Both the position numbers and the translations under genes were made by a program. Source: Ardenticatenales bacterium (GTDB taxonomy: Bacteria > Chloroflexota > Anaerolineae > Epilineales > Epilineaceae). Taken from it: 64,000 nucleotides of DNA. Below the pieces are notes generated by a model. It was given only the letters and a program-made list of their open reading frames with translations, searched no databases and was not told the DNA's origin. Position 1 is the first letter of the stretch. Every line of letters starts with the position of its first letter. The DNA is taken from contig JADYYS010000067.1 in assembly GCA_020853525.1 (NCBI GenBank), forward strand, positions 1,319-65,318. The letters are read 5' to 3'. Positions 17,201 through 27,400 of the stretch are shown in pieces.

Positions 17201-18205
17201 CGCCGGGTTCGTCGTCGGCGTGGCGGTCGGGGTCTGTGTCGCCGTCGGCGTGGGCGTCGCCGTGCTCGTCGCCGTTTCCGTCGGCGTCGAGGTCGACGTG
17301 GATGTCGGCGTCGCCGTCGGTGTCGGGGTGGCGACGACGATCACGACGAACACGCTGGCGTCCGGTCGGTCGCAGTTCGGCGCGGCGTCGAGGTTGGGGT
17401 CGTGGTTGTCGGTCGCCCAAAGCAGGTTCAGCGCGCTTGGGTCGCCGATCGCCGCGCGGGAGACGTACATGTCGACGAAGTCGCCCGTGACGGCGTAACC
17501 GACGGTGCTGTTCGTCGTGTTGCCCTGTGGCCCGCCGGCCCCGGCCGTTCCCGTGCCGAGCACGCGCTGCCAGTCGGCGCTGCCGATCGCGTTGTTCGTG
17601 TAATCGGGCGGATTGTTCGAACCCCATCGGGCGGAGAAGCCGGCGTTCAGGAGATCGTCCATGAACGTCAGCTCGCCCAGCTGGTTTCGGCCGAGCGTGC
17701 AGTCCGCCGGGACGCAGAGGTCCTCGAGGTTCAGCAGGTACTCGGCGTCGTTGATGTTGCCGCCGGAGATCGTGGCGTCGCTGCCGACGGTGTCCAGGAA
17801 CCACTTGTAACGGGCCTGGCCCTGGCTGTCGGCGCTCGGCCAGCCCGCCGGATCGATGTTCTCCATCCGCAGGTAGAGGTACGCGCTGTCGACCGCGTAG
17901 AACGTCGAGATCACGTCGCGGTGGTCGTTGCAGCCGCTCTCCGCCGCGTCGACGACGATCGGCGTCCACGTCGTCGGCCACGCCGCAAACGCCGCGGCCC
18001 GCCGGATCGCGTTCGGTGCCGGCCGCGGACGGCCGTGCTGCCCGTTCGAGGTGGCGATCCCTTGCGCCGATCGTGAACCGACCACCGCCCAAAGGCGCTG
18101 GCCTGCAATCCCGACGACGAGTGCCAGGACGAGCGCCGCGAGCGCGGCGAACGGAGCGGCGGGTGACGGCAGGCGAAAAGCGGGGCGCTGGTCGCGCTTG
18201 ACCAT
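11234..18205 (-). CDS. Giant secreted multi-domain protein (2323 aa). Order of parts: a signal peptide; a conserved ~230-aa N-terminal domain shared with the protein at 53625..56042; a Thr/Pro-rich linker; 2 DUF11/TIGR01451-type repeats; a long Thr/Pro linker; 2 SdrD/CnaB-like domains; and a ~1350-aa internally duplicated module of unknown function
   Basis: The ORF-track protein begins [26 protein letters not shown] (signal). It contains [32 protein letters not shown] and [21 protein letters not shown] twice. It contains a long [17 protein letters not shown]... linker. It contains [35 protein letters not shown] (CnaB/SdrD-like). The C-terminal 1350 aa are homologous to the N-terminal module of the next gene. 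The overlapping plus-strand ORF 11078..18076 is a low-complexity antisense artifact. Confidence 0.85.
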   Translation of the reverse strand: MVKRDQRPAFRLPSPAAPFAALAALVLALVVGIAGQRLWAVVGSRSAQGIATSNGQHGRPRPAPNAIRRAAAFAAWPTTWTPIVVDAAESGCNDHRDVISTFYAVDSAYLYLRMENIDPAGWPSADSQGQARYKWFLDTVGSDATISGGNINDAEYLLNLEDLCVPADCTLGRNQLGELTFMDDLLNAGFSARWGSNNPPDYTNNAIGSADWQRVLGTGTAGAGGPQGNTTNSTVGYAVTGDFVDMYVSRAAIGDPSALNLLWATDNHDPNLDAAPNCDRPDASVFVVIVVATPTPTATPTSTSTSTPTETATSTATPTPTATQTPTATPTTNPAIGVAKTVTMVFNHGNGTHTVDYTLTVENLGDVALTNVQVVDDLAATFAGATSFTVDGTSSADFTVNAGYDGDTDTDLLDGTDTLAVGATGTIQVSVTVTPGANLGPCFNSAIGSGQSTGNPTVTDPSDNGTEPDPDGDGNADEPGENDPTPVQFVEVPSIGVAKRVTSLVNNMNGTSTVTYDLVVENLGDVVLTGLQVTDDLAATFGGVTSFTVDSVTSAAFTENPLYDGDVDTLLLSGTDTLPLLGTGTITLVVTVMPGTALGPHLNSAIASATSPAGTIASDASDDGTNPDPDGDGNADEPGENDPTPVQFDPPTPTPTATSTRTNTPTSTSTATSTPSPTNTPTDTPTRTATSTRTATSTSTPTATPTSTPTDTPTNTPTSTPSNTATATATPTNTPTRTLTPTPTNTPTPTATRTPTPTPAPAGISGTVWNDTDGDGVIDLGEARLPGVTVTLSNGAVRVTNGTGGYAFLNLVPGNYTVTETDLPGFASTTPNVVAVVLGPGAAAVVNFGDRPGVPAGGMVHGMVWEDIDRDTVRDPGEVGIPGVVVRLSNGATAVTDAAANYVFTDVPPGSYVVSESDPNGYISTTPNAVTVTVTAGNDEVVEFGDVSLDGTSRVKVFYDPTDPDDLYVNRRGTADLPTIRVHGLSVVCNAVVSGEGNRRASAGSNSLVDPLTGRVPEDAPYTDPEGPFNPLSGEAPEQDFVTWNPAWISERLNEPGLGAAWGCATGADEVSANTNIRVGGVNGSEKVWLRHWYEPTRLDKDLNADDCLTNTGLPDDGRPDAPVNPAPSARDEWYPAIMTELTYVVLDNDVPQPDPSPDRLDDSAPRPACATAGGSRIVFPVGIGASETSAAGPTVGYGLTSLDANFDGTFDMVNVASEATLAADLGLTLDFDGDGLVDDIDGDGAPLSCDEMVVLHTDAAEIGRNQRLQFLDHFVTVQGVSSSSATVRIFYTGDLVPRLVATASIGVGGAALAGEVGPVQLVVPGGSSLGQVPVGGWFIAVHGVDTADVTATVTVGRALGAPCASMERIANVANRSAGGPWFLKRLYVDGHEYNVVAIMTCGANAMQYITLRAPVPKVPVTIEQHSVRLQAYGPNRALPLPPPFNHEHTILEDVAVLDAIDACPAPTADDPIDRPRVLYMGGPIGPVPPVLGAGDGGTYVGRDPASPVGPYSLGAGAGFRSSHWLYVEEDTNPAFVGQLAEKYGARRFDDSACIVDPSVPDAFFYNERIFTQPWHFTEFALPDLAAPGGSPVACDPDRYDVTSGFLNPTARWRQWTMPDGPVPDEMPPPPPDLTADETAFDPLTGNYGLPRRASFAFDPDEREKLFTGDEGVRIYGGLPVCVDDLACDGAASRAALLSGAGDITVTTDIAGYPVEVPPYTDPFAPFNPQAPDAPRHDSLTFNPAYLDEYRNFGEDLVDLYRGISNDGQNARQKVYQRLWYQPDYITKIRQDLDCHSDLTFQAVVQEYTYLMMDTTDNPVAVPAGSSRVALPMGTRALELPKPNAGGTLPPGGQFGHGLTTFDANFDGVPEPVTLETEATINDYFDFAWQANRPQGPGAPLPLAGPVVEFDGDGALDDLDEDCVALNGNELAVFAIQSVTLDRDPLTAGVTDSVMVFDHMAVLENVTPGLSAQFRFWFTGGTVGSARPEPVRGIQTVPLGSVVVVDRFQDRVRIVPPGATNLGSLDGAWFLFVEDVAPDGESVSVTVGRALGATHSAIDNGAGAHDLFPGDPWYLKRFYVDGHEYNVVALMTQPLPGTNPADPATCNEGFAFLTLRTPVPKGNFFNPQDSLFQQGYFLGGQPPQISVLPPFNTDHTIAVDVQRLPAADFQDVDTFGPCVGELAAAGPLAVSIRAEADEPRFGTELRETYNDRASVGPDGRMRYGWETHQTQVTPGRYTELVVPDGQQYLLTLNWRSMSNELLFYGCTRAAPGPFDEDEPPALTWEEIFDAAGCWREGIIPPPVDWPPPYIGAPQMGDPNALPL

Positions 18206-18417
18206 GGGTTGTCTCTCAGTGATGGCGATCGCAGCGCTGGTGGGGTTCCGCGCGATGGCAGCGAATCGTGCTCACGTATCGACCGACGGCCGCATGCAGT
18301 CCATGCACCCCGTCACACGCCTTGTCCGCTCGACGCGTCGACGCGCCCGCTCTATGCCACGAGGGCCGGCGACCTTGCGGCCGCCGGCCCCGTGGTGCGC
18401 GTCGCGCGCGCCTAGTA

Positions 18418-18484
18418 CTCTGTCACTGGACACGCTTCAGGTATACGACTGAGGTAGGCATCCGTAGACTCTGCAGTGACAGAG
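18418..18484 (-). terminator. Structured element with an 11-bp perfect inverted repeat (CTCTGTCACTG ... CAGTGACAGAG, ~45-nt loop region) beginning 3 nt after the stop codon of giant gene 3. Candidate terminator or RNA-processing stem
   Basis: The arms lie at 18418-18428 and 18474-18484, and the TAG stop of gene 3 is at 18487-18489. There is no clear U-tract. Confidence 0.3.
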
Positions 18485-18486
18485 CG

Positions 18487-21400
18487 CTAGCGCATGCTGT
18501 ACCCACGGTAGAGCGCCGGCAACAGCGCCCGACCGACGAACGCGTTGCGGTCCAGCAGCGCCTCGATCTTCTGCCCGTCGATCTTCGTCTCGATCGTCTT
18601 GCCGCTCGGATCGGCGAGCAGCGCGCTGTCGACGTTCCAGGCGCTGTCCACCGCGTCCTTCAGGACCTGGAACTCGATCGTGAAGAGCACGACGTCGCCG
18701 TACAGGCCGTTGGCCGGCCGCATCCGGGCGGCGGCGAAGCGGATCTCGCCGGCCGGATCGACCGTGTTCATCGCGACGAACGACGGTCCGTCGGCCTGCC
18801 AAGCGGCACCAGGCTTCACCTGGACGCCGCTGCCCTCGAGCGCATCGATGACCTTGACCTTCTGGGTGTCGAAGCGGACCTTGATGTCCGCGCCGTACAT
18901 GTTCCAGACGCCCTTGGCCACGACGTCGACGGCGATGGTCTCCTCGTCGACTGCCCGTACGTTGAGCGCGACGTCCGTCGGCCCATCCGGCCGCTCGGCG
19001 GGCGCACCCTCGGGCAGGCCGGTGGCGCGGAGGACGGCCGTCGGCAGCACGCCGCGCAGCGCCTTGGCCACCGCACGCTCGGTTGCAGGCGCGGTCGGAT
19101 CGCTGAAGAACGCGGCGCCGTTCTCCTCGCCGTTGTAGCCGAACGGCACGGCACCGCTCCGCCCGTAGTTCGTGCCGACGAGGACAAGGTCGAACAGGTT
19201 CACCTCGTGGTCGGCGTTGCAGTCGGCGCGGATGTCGGACGGCGGCGAGGTGCGGTAGTTCGCCCCGACGCGGACGAGGTCGAAGAGGTTGATGTTCGTG
19301 TTGTTGTCCGTGTCGCCGCCGGGTAGGGACGTGAACGGCAGGTCGAACGGCTGGCCGCCGGACACCCGGAACATCTGGTCGGCGCCGAGGTAGCACGCCG
19401 CGTCGGCGCTGAGGCGATGCTCGCCCTTCGGCACACCGCAGATGCTGAAGTAGCCGTTCGGCCCGGAGACACCGGCCGGCACGCCGTCCACATACACGAC
19501 GGCCCCGGTGTGGTCGCTCCGACCCTGCAGGTTCATGTAGCCGCGGATGCAGCTCGTCTTCTCCGCCGGCTGCGGCACCGTCGTGCAGCCGTCCGTCGGC
19601 ACGCTGGCGGCCGAGACCTGACCGGTCACCGAGTCACGCGCCGACACGCGGAACGTGTAGGACGTGTTGGCGAGGAGATCTGGCGTCTGATAGCTGTAGG
19701 CCGTGCCGGTGCCGACCTGCGTCGTGCTCGGCACCGTGGCCAGCGGGATGTACGACGAGCCGTTGAAGCTCACCTCGACATTGAACTCCGTCTCGAAGTT
19801 CGAGCTGTCGACCCAGGTCACGCGGACCTGCGACCCGCCGGGCAGGACGTTGCAGGCGGCGTTCAGCGGCGGCGGCGGCGCGGCGGTGACGGTGAACGTC
19901 GCCGCCGACGTGTTGTTCGCCGCGTTCGGGTCGGGCGTCTGTGCCGCCACGTGGGCGGTGTTCGTCACCTGCGTGCCGGCCGCCGTGTTGTGGCCGATCC
20001 GGACGACCACCTGGAACGTGCGCGTCTGGCCGCTGTTCACCGTCCCAAGGTTGCACGTCAAGGTCTGGCCCGCGATCTGACAGCCGGTCGTGTTGCTCTC
20101 ATGGGTCACCTGCGCCGGCAGCTGATCCGTGACGACGACGTTCGTCGCCGCGCCGGGGCCGTCGTTGTGGACGGTGAAGTCGTACGTCACGAGGCCGCCC
20201 TGCTGGGCCGGCGATGCCACGTTGACCGCCTTGGTGATCCGGACGTCGGCCGCCTGCGCGACGGTGATCTGAATCGTCACGCTGTCGTTGTTGTTCGCCG
20301 GCACCGGATCCGTGGCCGGGGAGCTGACGGAGGCCGAGTTCGTCACCGAGCCCGAAGCACCTGCCCCGATGCCGGCCGTCACCTGGATCGTCGCGAAACC
20401 GCCTGCCTGGATCGAGGGGATCGTGCACGTGAGCGTCTGGCCGCTGACGTTGCACCCGCCGCTGTTGCTGACGTGCGTCAGGCCGGGCGGCAGCGTGTCC
20501 ACCACCGTCACCGGACCGGTGTTGGACGGGCCGAGGTTGTCCACCTGCAGGCCGAACACCACCTGGCCGCCGGCCGTCACGATCGCCGGGTTCGCGCTCT
20601 TCTCGATGCTGAGGTCCGCCACGCGGCGCGCCGTCACGGTGTTGTTCACCTGGTTGTTGTTCGGATCCGTGTCCGGCGACGACGTCGCGACGGAGGCGGT
20701 GTTCACGAACTGCTGGCCCTGCGTGGCCGACGCCGGGATCGCGACGTTCACGTGGATCGTGCGCGTCGAGTCGTCTGCGACGCTGCCGAGGTTGCACGTG
20801 AGCGTTTGCCCCGTCGCCGTGCAGCCCCCGTCGTTGTCGACGAGGCTCGTCCCGGTGGGCAGGTTGTCGGTGAGGACGACGTTGTTCGCCGTGCCGGGGC
20901 CGAGGTTCTTGACTTCGATCGTGTATTGGATCGTCGTCCCGGCCACGGGCTGCGAATCGGACGCGGTCTTCTGGACCGCCAGGTTGACGTTCTGGCTGGG
21001 CGTCTCGACGACGAGCGCGACGGTGTCGCTGTTGTTCGCCGGCGCCGGATCGGGCGTGCCGCTCGTGACCGTCGCCGTGTTCGAGAACTGCGTACCCGAC
21101 GCGAGCCCCGCACCGACCGTCACCGGGATCTGGACGACGACCGTCGTGCCGTTGGCGATGTTGCCGAGGTTGCACGTCACCGTTGCGGCGGCGAGGCTGC
21201 AGGCCGGCGGGAGCGTGCCCGCCGTGACCTGCGCCGGCAGCGTGTCCGCCACGACGACGTTCTGCGCGGCGGCCGGGCCGTTGTTCGTGACCTTGAGGTC
21301 GAACGTGATCGCCTCGCCCGACAGCGGTGTCGGGTCGGAAGCCGTCTTGTCGATCGCCAGGTCGGCGTCGTTCGTCGGCTGGGACACGATGACGAAGGCG

Positions 21401-24400
21401 CTGTCGGCGTTGTCGGTGACGTCGGGATCCGGTTCGGACGACGTCGCGCTGGCGTTGTTCGTCAGCACGGTGCCCGGCTGCACGTTCTGGCCGACCTGCG
21501 CGACGATCGTGACCGTCTTCGTCTGGCCGTTCGCGAGCGGTCCGATGTTGCAGCCGGCGGCCAGCGCGGCCGCGCCGCACGTCTGGCTGTCGGAGACGTA
21601 CGTCATCCCGCTGGGCAGCGCGTCGGTGAGCGTGACGGTGGCCGCGTCGGACGGGCCGCTGTTCTTCACCTGGACGGTGAACGTCACCTGCGCCCCGGGC
21701 GGCGGCTGGACGCTGGAGGCGTCCTTGTCCACGCTGATATCGGCGCTGCGAACGGCCTCAACGGTGTCGTCGTCCTGGTTGTTGCCCGGATTCGGATCTT
21801 CCGTGTTCAGGCGATCCGGCGCGTCGGCGTCCAGCGTCGACGCCAGGAGCGCCTTGCCGTGCGCCACGCTGGCGACGTTCGTGAGCTGCGCTCCGTTCGG
21901 CACGTTCGCGTTGATGAGGACCGTCATCGTGAACAGCCGCGACTGACCGCTGTTCAGGGCGCCGAGGCTGCACGTGAGCGTGCGCACCGGACTCTGGATG
22001 CAGGCCGATGTCGCGCCCGGTCCGGCGGTATCGCTCTGGTACGTCATCCCCGCCGGCAGGTTGTCGGTGACGATGACGGAGGGGGCGTTCGCCGGGCCGA
22101 GGTTCTCGATGAGAAGGTTGAAGGCGTGCATCGTGCCCGGCGTGACGGTGATCGTCGGCGATGTCTTCGTCAACCGCAGATCGGCGCCCTGGGCGCTGCC
22201 GGTGACCAACGTGGTGGCCGACGCGGTGTTGTTGCCGGGCGTCGGGTCGACCGTCGCCGACGAGACCGACGCGCTGTTGATGAGCTGCGTCCCGGTCAAC
22301 GCGTCGTCGTCGACGTCGACGATGATCGTGAACTGCGCCGCCTGGCCCGAGAGGAGGCTGCCCAACGCGCACAGGCGCGTCGAGCCGCCGCCCGACGTGC
22401 AGCCGTTGGGGTTCGTCGTCGAGACGAACTCCGTGTCGAGCGGCAGGACGTCGTTCACCAGGACGTTGTTCGCGGTGTTGGGACCGTTGTTCGTGACGGT
22501 CAGCTGATAGGCGATCTGCTGCCCCGCCAGGATCTGGGCCGGCCCCGCCTTGGTGATCGCCAGATCGGCCGACGTCCCGGACGCAGGCGTGACGGACGTC
22601 TGCGCAGAGGCATTGTTGTTGCCCGGCGCCGGATCCGGCGTCGACGACGTGACCGAAGCGGTGTTCGTCAGCGTCGTGTTCGCTTGGCCCGCCGTCGTCT
22701 GGATCGTCACGACGACCGCCGCCGAGCCGCCCGAGACGATGCTGCCCATCGCGCATTGCAGGTTGGACGAAGCCGGCGGGTTCAGGCTGCAGACCGGCGG
22801 GATGCTGCCGACGAACGTCGTTCCGGCCGGCAGCGTGTCGTTCAGGGTCACGCCCGTTGCGGTGCTCGGACCGGCGTTGTTCACTGCCAGGGTGTAGTTG
22901 ACCGTGTTGCCGGCCTGCACGGACGTCGGCCCGGTCTTTGTCAGCGAGAGGTCGGCCGACGAAGCGCCGCCGACGGTCGTCGTCGTCGTGCTGCTGCTGT
23001 TGCCGCCGTCCGGGTCGGGCGTGTCGCTGTCGACGCCTGCGATATTCACGAGCTGCGTGCCTTGCGCCAGCCCGCCCACGGTCACGGTGATCGTGAACGT
23101 GCGCGTCACGCCGACGGCGATGTCGCCGAGGGTGCACGTGAGCGTTCCGACCGGGGCCTGCACGCAGCCGCCCGTGTCGGAGACGTACGTCACCCCGGCC
23201 GGAAGCGTGTCGACGACGACGACGTTCATGGCGTTCGACGGCCCGCCGTTGATGACGTTGATCGTGTAGACCAGCGTGCCGCCGGCCACGACGCTCGGCG
23301 GCGCCGACTTCGTGATCCGGAGGTCGGCGCTCGCGACGGCGATGACGGTCGCCGACGACGTGTTGTTCGCCGGCACCGGGTCGGAGACGCCGGCCGCGCT
23401 GACGACGGCGGTGTTGTTCAGGCTCGCCCCCGGTGCGACGTCCGCGTTGATCTTGGCCACGACGTGGAACGTGCGCGAGCCGCCCGAGGCGATGGCGCCG
23501 AGGTTGCACGTCAGCGTGCCGGGCGGTGCCTGCACGCAGCCCGCGTCATCGGAGACGTACGTCATTCCGACCGGCAGGACGTCCGTCACCTGGGCGTTCG
23601 CGACGGCGCTCGGGCCGAAGTTGGAGGCCACCAGCGTGAACGTCACGTTGCCGCCGGCGGTGTACGGGCCGGCCGAGGCCGACTTCTCCAGCCGGAGGTC
23701 GGCCGCAGCGGCGACGATGACCGCCGCCTGCGCCTGGTTGTTGCCGAGCGTCGGATCCGGCGTGTTCGACTGGACCGCGGCGCTGTTCGTCAGGATCGTG
23801 CCGGTCAGTGCGCCCGGCGCCACCTGGACGGTGATCGCCACGGCGGCCGACGCGCCGGCGGCCAGCGTGCCGATCGTGCAGTTGATCGTGTTCGGCGGGC
23901 CCTGGACGCACGCGCCGTTCGAGGCGACGTAGTTCAGCCCGACGGGCAGCGTGTCGATGATGTGGACGTTTGTGGCGTCCGACGGCCCGTTGTTCGTGAC
24001 CAGGAGCTGGAAGACCACCTGGTCGCCCGGTCGCGGCGTGATGATCGACGCGCTCTTGGCGATCGCCAGGTCGGCCGCGCGCGTCGTCGTGACGACGGCG
24101 GTGGCCGAGTTGTTGGCCAGGTTCGGGTCGAGCGTGCTCGTCGATGACACCGTGGCGGTGTTCACGAGGACCGTCCCGACCGGGATCTCCATGTCCAAGC
24201 GCACCGTGACCGTGAAGGAACGCGTCTGGCCGACGGCGATGCTGCCGAACGTGCATGTGAGCGTCCCCACCGGACCCTCGACGCAGCCGTCCGTGTCGGA
24301 GACGTACGTCACGCCTTCGGGCAGGACGTCGCGGACGGTGACGTCGGTGACCGCGTCGGGTCCGTTGTTCGTGACCGAGATCGTGTAGACGAGCTCGCCG

Positions 24401-27400
24401 CCGGCCACCGGGGCGGCCGTCGAGGCCACCTTCGTGATCGAGAGGTCGGCCAGGTCGACCGGCACCGTCACGTCGCGGGTGTTGATGTAGATGTCATCCG
24501 TGTTCGCCGGGTCATAGAAGACCTTGACGCGCGTCGGCTGACCGAGCGGGCAGGCGCCGTCGAAGTAGCCGACGGTGATGTTGTCCTCGTCGTCGAAGAC
24601 GTGCACCTGCGGCGGGTTCGGGTTGTTCACCGGCGGGATGATCCCGAGCGGCGGGGCCCAGGTGTCGCCGGCGGCGCTGATGTCCGTGTGGTCGAGCGCC
24701 GGCGGGTTGAACTCGTTCGGCCCCGGGCCGGGGAAGAACGGGCCGGGCTCGTCGCGCGTGCAGCCGTAGAACGCCAGCTTGCTCACGGGCGACGTCCAGC
24801 CGAGCGTCAGGAGGTACTTCTGGCCCTCCGGCACCCGGATGGCGGTGAAGTTCGACGGCGTGACCATGAGCTGGTGGGTGTTCCAGCCCGTGCGCGTGTT
24901 CTGACCGGTTACCGCCGGCGCGAAGGTCTCGCGCAGCTCGGTGTGCAGCCGCGTCTCGTCCGTCTCTTCGAGGATCGTCTCGACCATCGGATCGGCGGCG
25001 GCAAGCTCGCCCACACAGCTCAGGTAGCCGTTCTGGAAGGCGAAGTCGATCGGCGCCAAGCGGTCGATGTCCAGCGCCAGCGTGTGCTGGAAGTTGAACG
25101 GCGGCAGAACGGACATCTCCGCCGGCAACCCGTTCAGGAAGTAGCCCTGATAGAACAGGGAGTCCTGCGGGTTGATGAAGTTGCCCTTCGGCACCGGGGT
25201 GCGGATCGTGATGAACGCGAAGTTGTCGTTGCACAGTCCGGCCGCGCCGCTGTTCTCGGTCATCAGCGCCACGACGTTGTACTCGTGGCCGTCGACGTAG
25301 AAGCGCTTGAGGTACCACGGGTCGCCCGGCAGGAGATCGTGGCTGCCGTTGCCGTCGTCGATCGCCGAGTGGGTGCCGCCGAGGGCGCGGCCGACGGTCA
25401 ATGTCACGCGGTCGCCGGAAGGCGCGACGTCCTCGACGAACGCGAACCAGGCACCGTCGGGGGCGATGTTCGCCTCGCCCGGGCCGACGATCGTCACGCG
25501 GTCCTGGAAGCGGTCGACGAGCACGGCGTCGCCGATGTCGAGCGTCCGGATGCCGCCGACCGCCTCGGGACGGGCGTTGTTCGGGTTGCCGCCGGTGAAG
25601 AACAGGCGGAACTGGGCGCGCGTGTTGGGCGTGACGTTGTTGAGCGTGATGAGGTAGTCCAGGAACTGGGCGTTGTGGCCCTCGGGCGTGTTCGGATCGA
25701 GATCGAGCGTCAGGCTCTGTACGGCGAAGACCGCCATCTCGTTCCCGTTCAGCGCCTGGCAGTCGGCGTCGAGCGCGTCCTGGACGCCGTCGCCGTCGAA
25801 GTCGAGCACCGGGCCGGCGAGCGGCGTCACGGGGACGCCAGGCAATGTCGGGCGGTTGGACTGCCACTGCTGGTCCAGGTACTGGTTCAGCGTCTGCTCG
25901 GAGTGGATGTTCGATGCGTCGCTGTAGCCGTCGAAGTTCGCGTCGAACGTCGTCAAGCCGTAGCCGAACTGGCCGCCCGCCGGCAGCGTGCCGTTCGGGT
26001 TGGGCGCGGGCAGATCACCGGCGCGCGAGCCGACCGGGAAGGCGATCCGGCTCGAACCGGGCGGCACGCCGGTCGGGTTGTCGGTCGTGTCCATCATCAG
26101 GAACGTGTATTCCTGGACGATCGCCGGGAACTTCAGGTCGCGTTGGCAGTCATCCGTGAAGCGCAGCTTGTCGACCCAGTCCGGCTGGTACCACGTGCGG
26201 TGGTACACCTTCTCACGGGCGTTCTGCGCACCGTTCGAGATCTGCTGGTACAGCTCGCGGAGCGGCTCGTTGAAGTTGCGGAACTCGTCCATGTAGGCCG
26301 GGTTGAACGTCAGCGAGTCCGTGCGCGGCGCATGCGGGTGCTGCGGGTTGAACGGCGCGAACGGGTCGGTGTACGGCGGCACCTCGACCGGATACGCCGC
26401 CAGGCCCGAAATCGGGTCCGTGGCCACGCCGGTGTCGCCTGCGCCGAAGAGGATCGACGGGCGGCTGATGATGCCGTTGCACTCCAGGTCGTCGCAGACC
26501 GGGAAGCCGCCGTACAGCCGGAGGCCGTCGTTGTTCGCGGTCAGCTTGCCCTTGTTGTCGTCGGGGTCGTGGATGAAGGTGACGCGGCGCGGTGAGCCGT
26601 AGCTGCCCGTGACCGGGTCGAAGACCGTCTCGTCGATCTGCAGGTCGGGCGGGGTCGGCGGCTGATCCTCGGGCACCGAGCCGTCGGGCATCCGCCACAG
26701 CCGCCAGCGCGCGGTATCGTTCGTGAAGCCGCTCGTCACCAGGTAGTTGTCCGGATCGCACGCCGGCACACCGCCGGCCACGGGCGCCCCGGCCTGGTCG
26801 GGCAGGACGAACTCGGTGTAGCGCCACGGCTGGGTGAACACCTGCTCGTTGTAGAAGAAGCTCTGCGGGATCCCGGGCGGCTGCGGCACGCCCGGTGCCG
26901 TGTTCAGCGCGCCGTACTTCTCCCGGATCTGGCCGATGAACGGCTCGTAGCCCTCTTCCTCGGTGTAGAACCAGTGGCTGGCGAAGTAGTTGTCGTATGG
27001 GCCGACCGCGCGCTGCGGGTCGCGGCCGGTGTATACGAGCGCGTCGCTCTGCGCCAGGACGGGCGGCATCGGGCCCATCGGGCCGCCCATGTAGAGGATC
27101 TCGGGGCGCGCGACCTCGTCGTCGCCGGGCAGGATCGGGCAGAGATCGAAGCCCTTGAAGTCGATGACATCCTCGAGGATCGTGTGCTCGTGGTTGAACG
27201 GCGGCGGCAGCACGAGCGGCTCGAGCACACCGTAGCCCTCGAGGCGCACGGAGTGCTGCTCGATCGTCACGTCGACCTTCGGCAGGGGCGAGCGGAGGGT
27301 GATGTACTGGATGGCGTTGGTGGCGCACGTCATGATCGCCACGACGTTGTACTCGTGGCCGTCGACGTAAAAGCGCTTGAGCCACCACGGGCCGCCGGGC

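Noticed and set aside
15900-17340. Possible CRISPR-like or satellite short repeats (ggcgtcggngt units) in gene 2, and similar at 54580..55250
   Set aside because: The units are degenerate and variable in length. They lie inside open reading frames and encode Thr/Pro-rich linkers. There are no uniform spacers and no cas genes nearby.
11078-18076. 2332-aa plus-strand ORF
   Set aside because: It is antisense to giant gene 2. The translated product is dominated by R/A/G/V/D runs and poly-Arg stretches with no domain signatures, whereas the minus-strand frame yields a signal peptide and recognisable domains.
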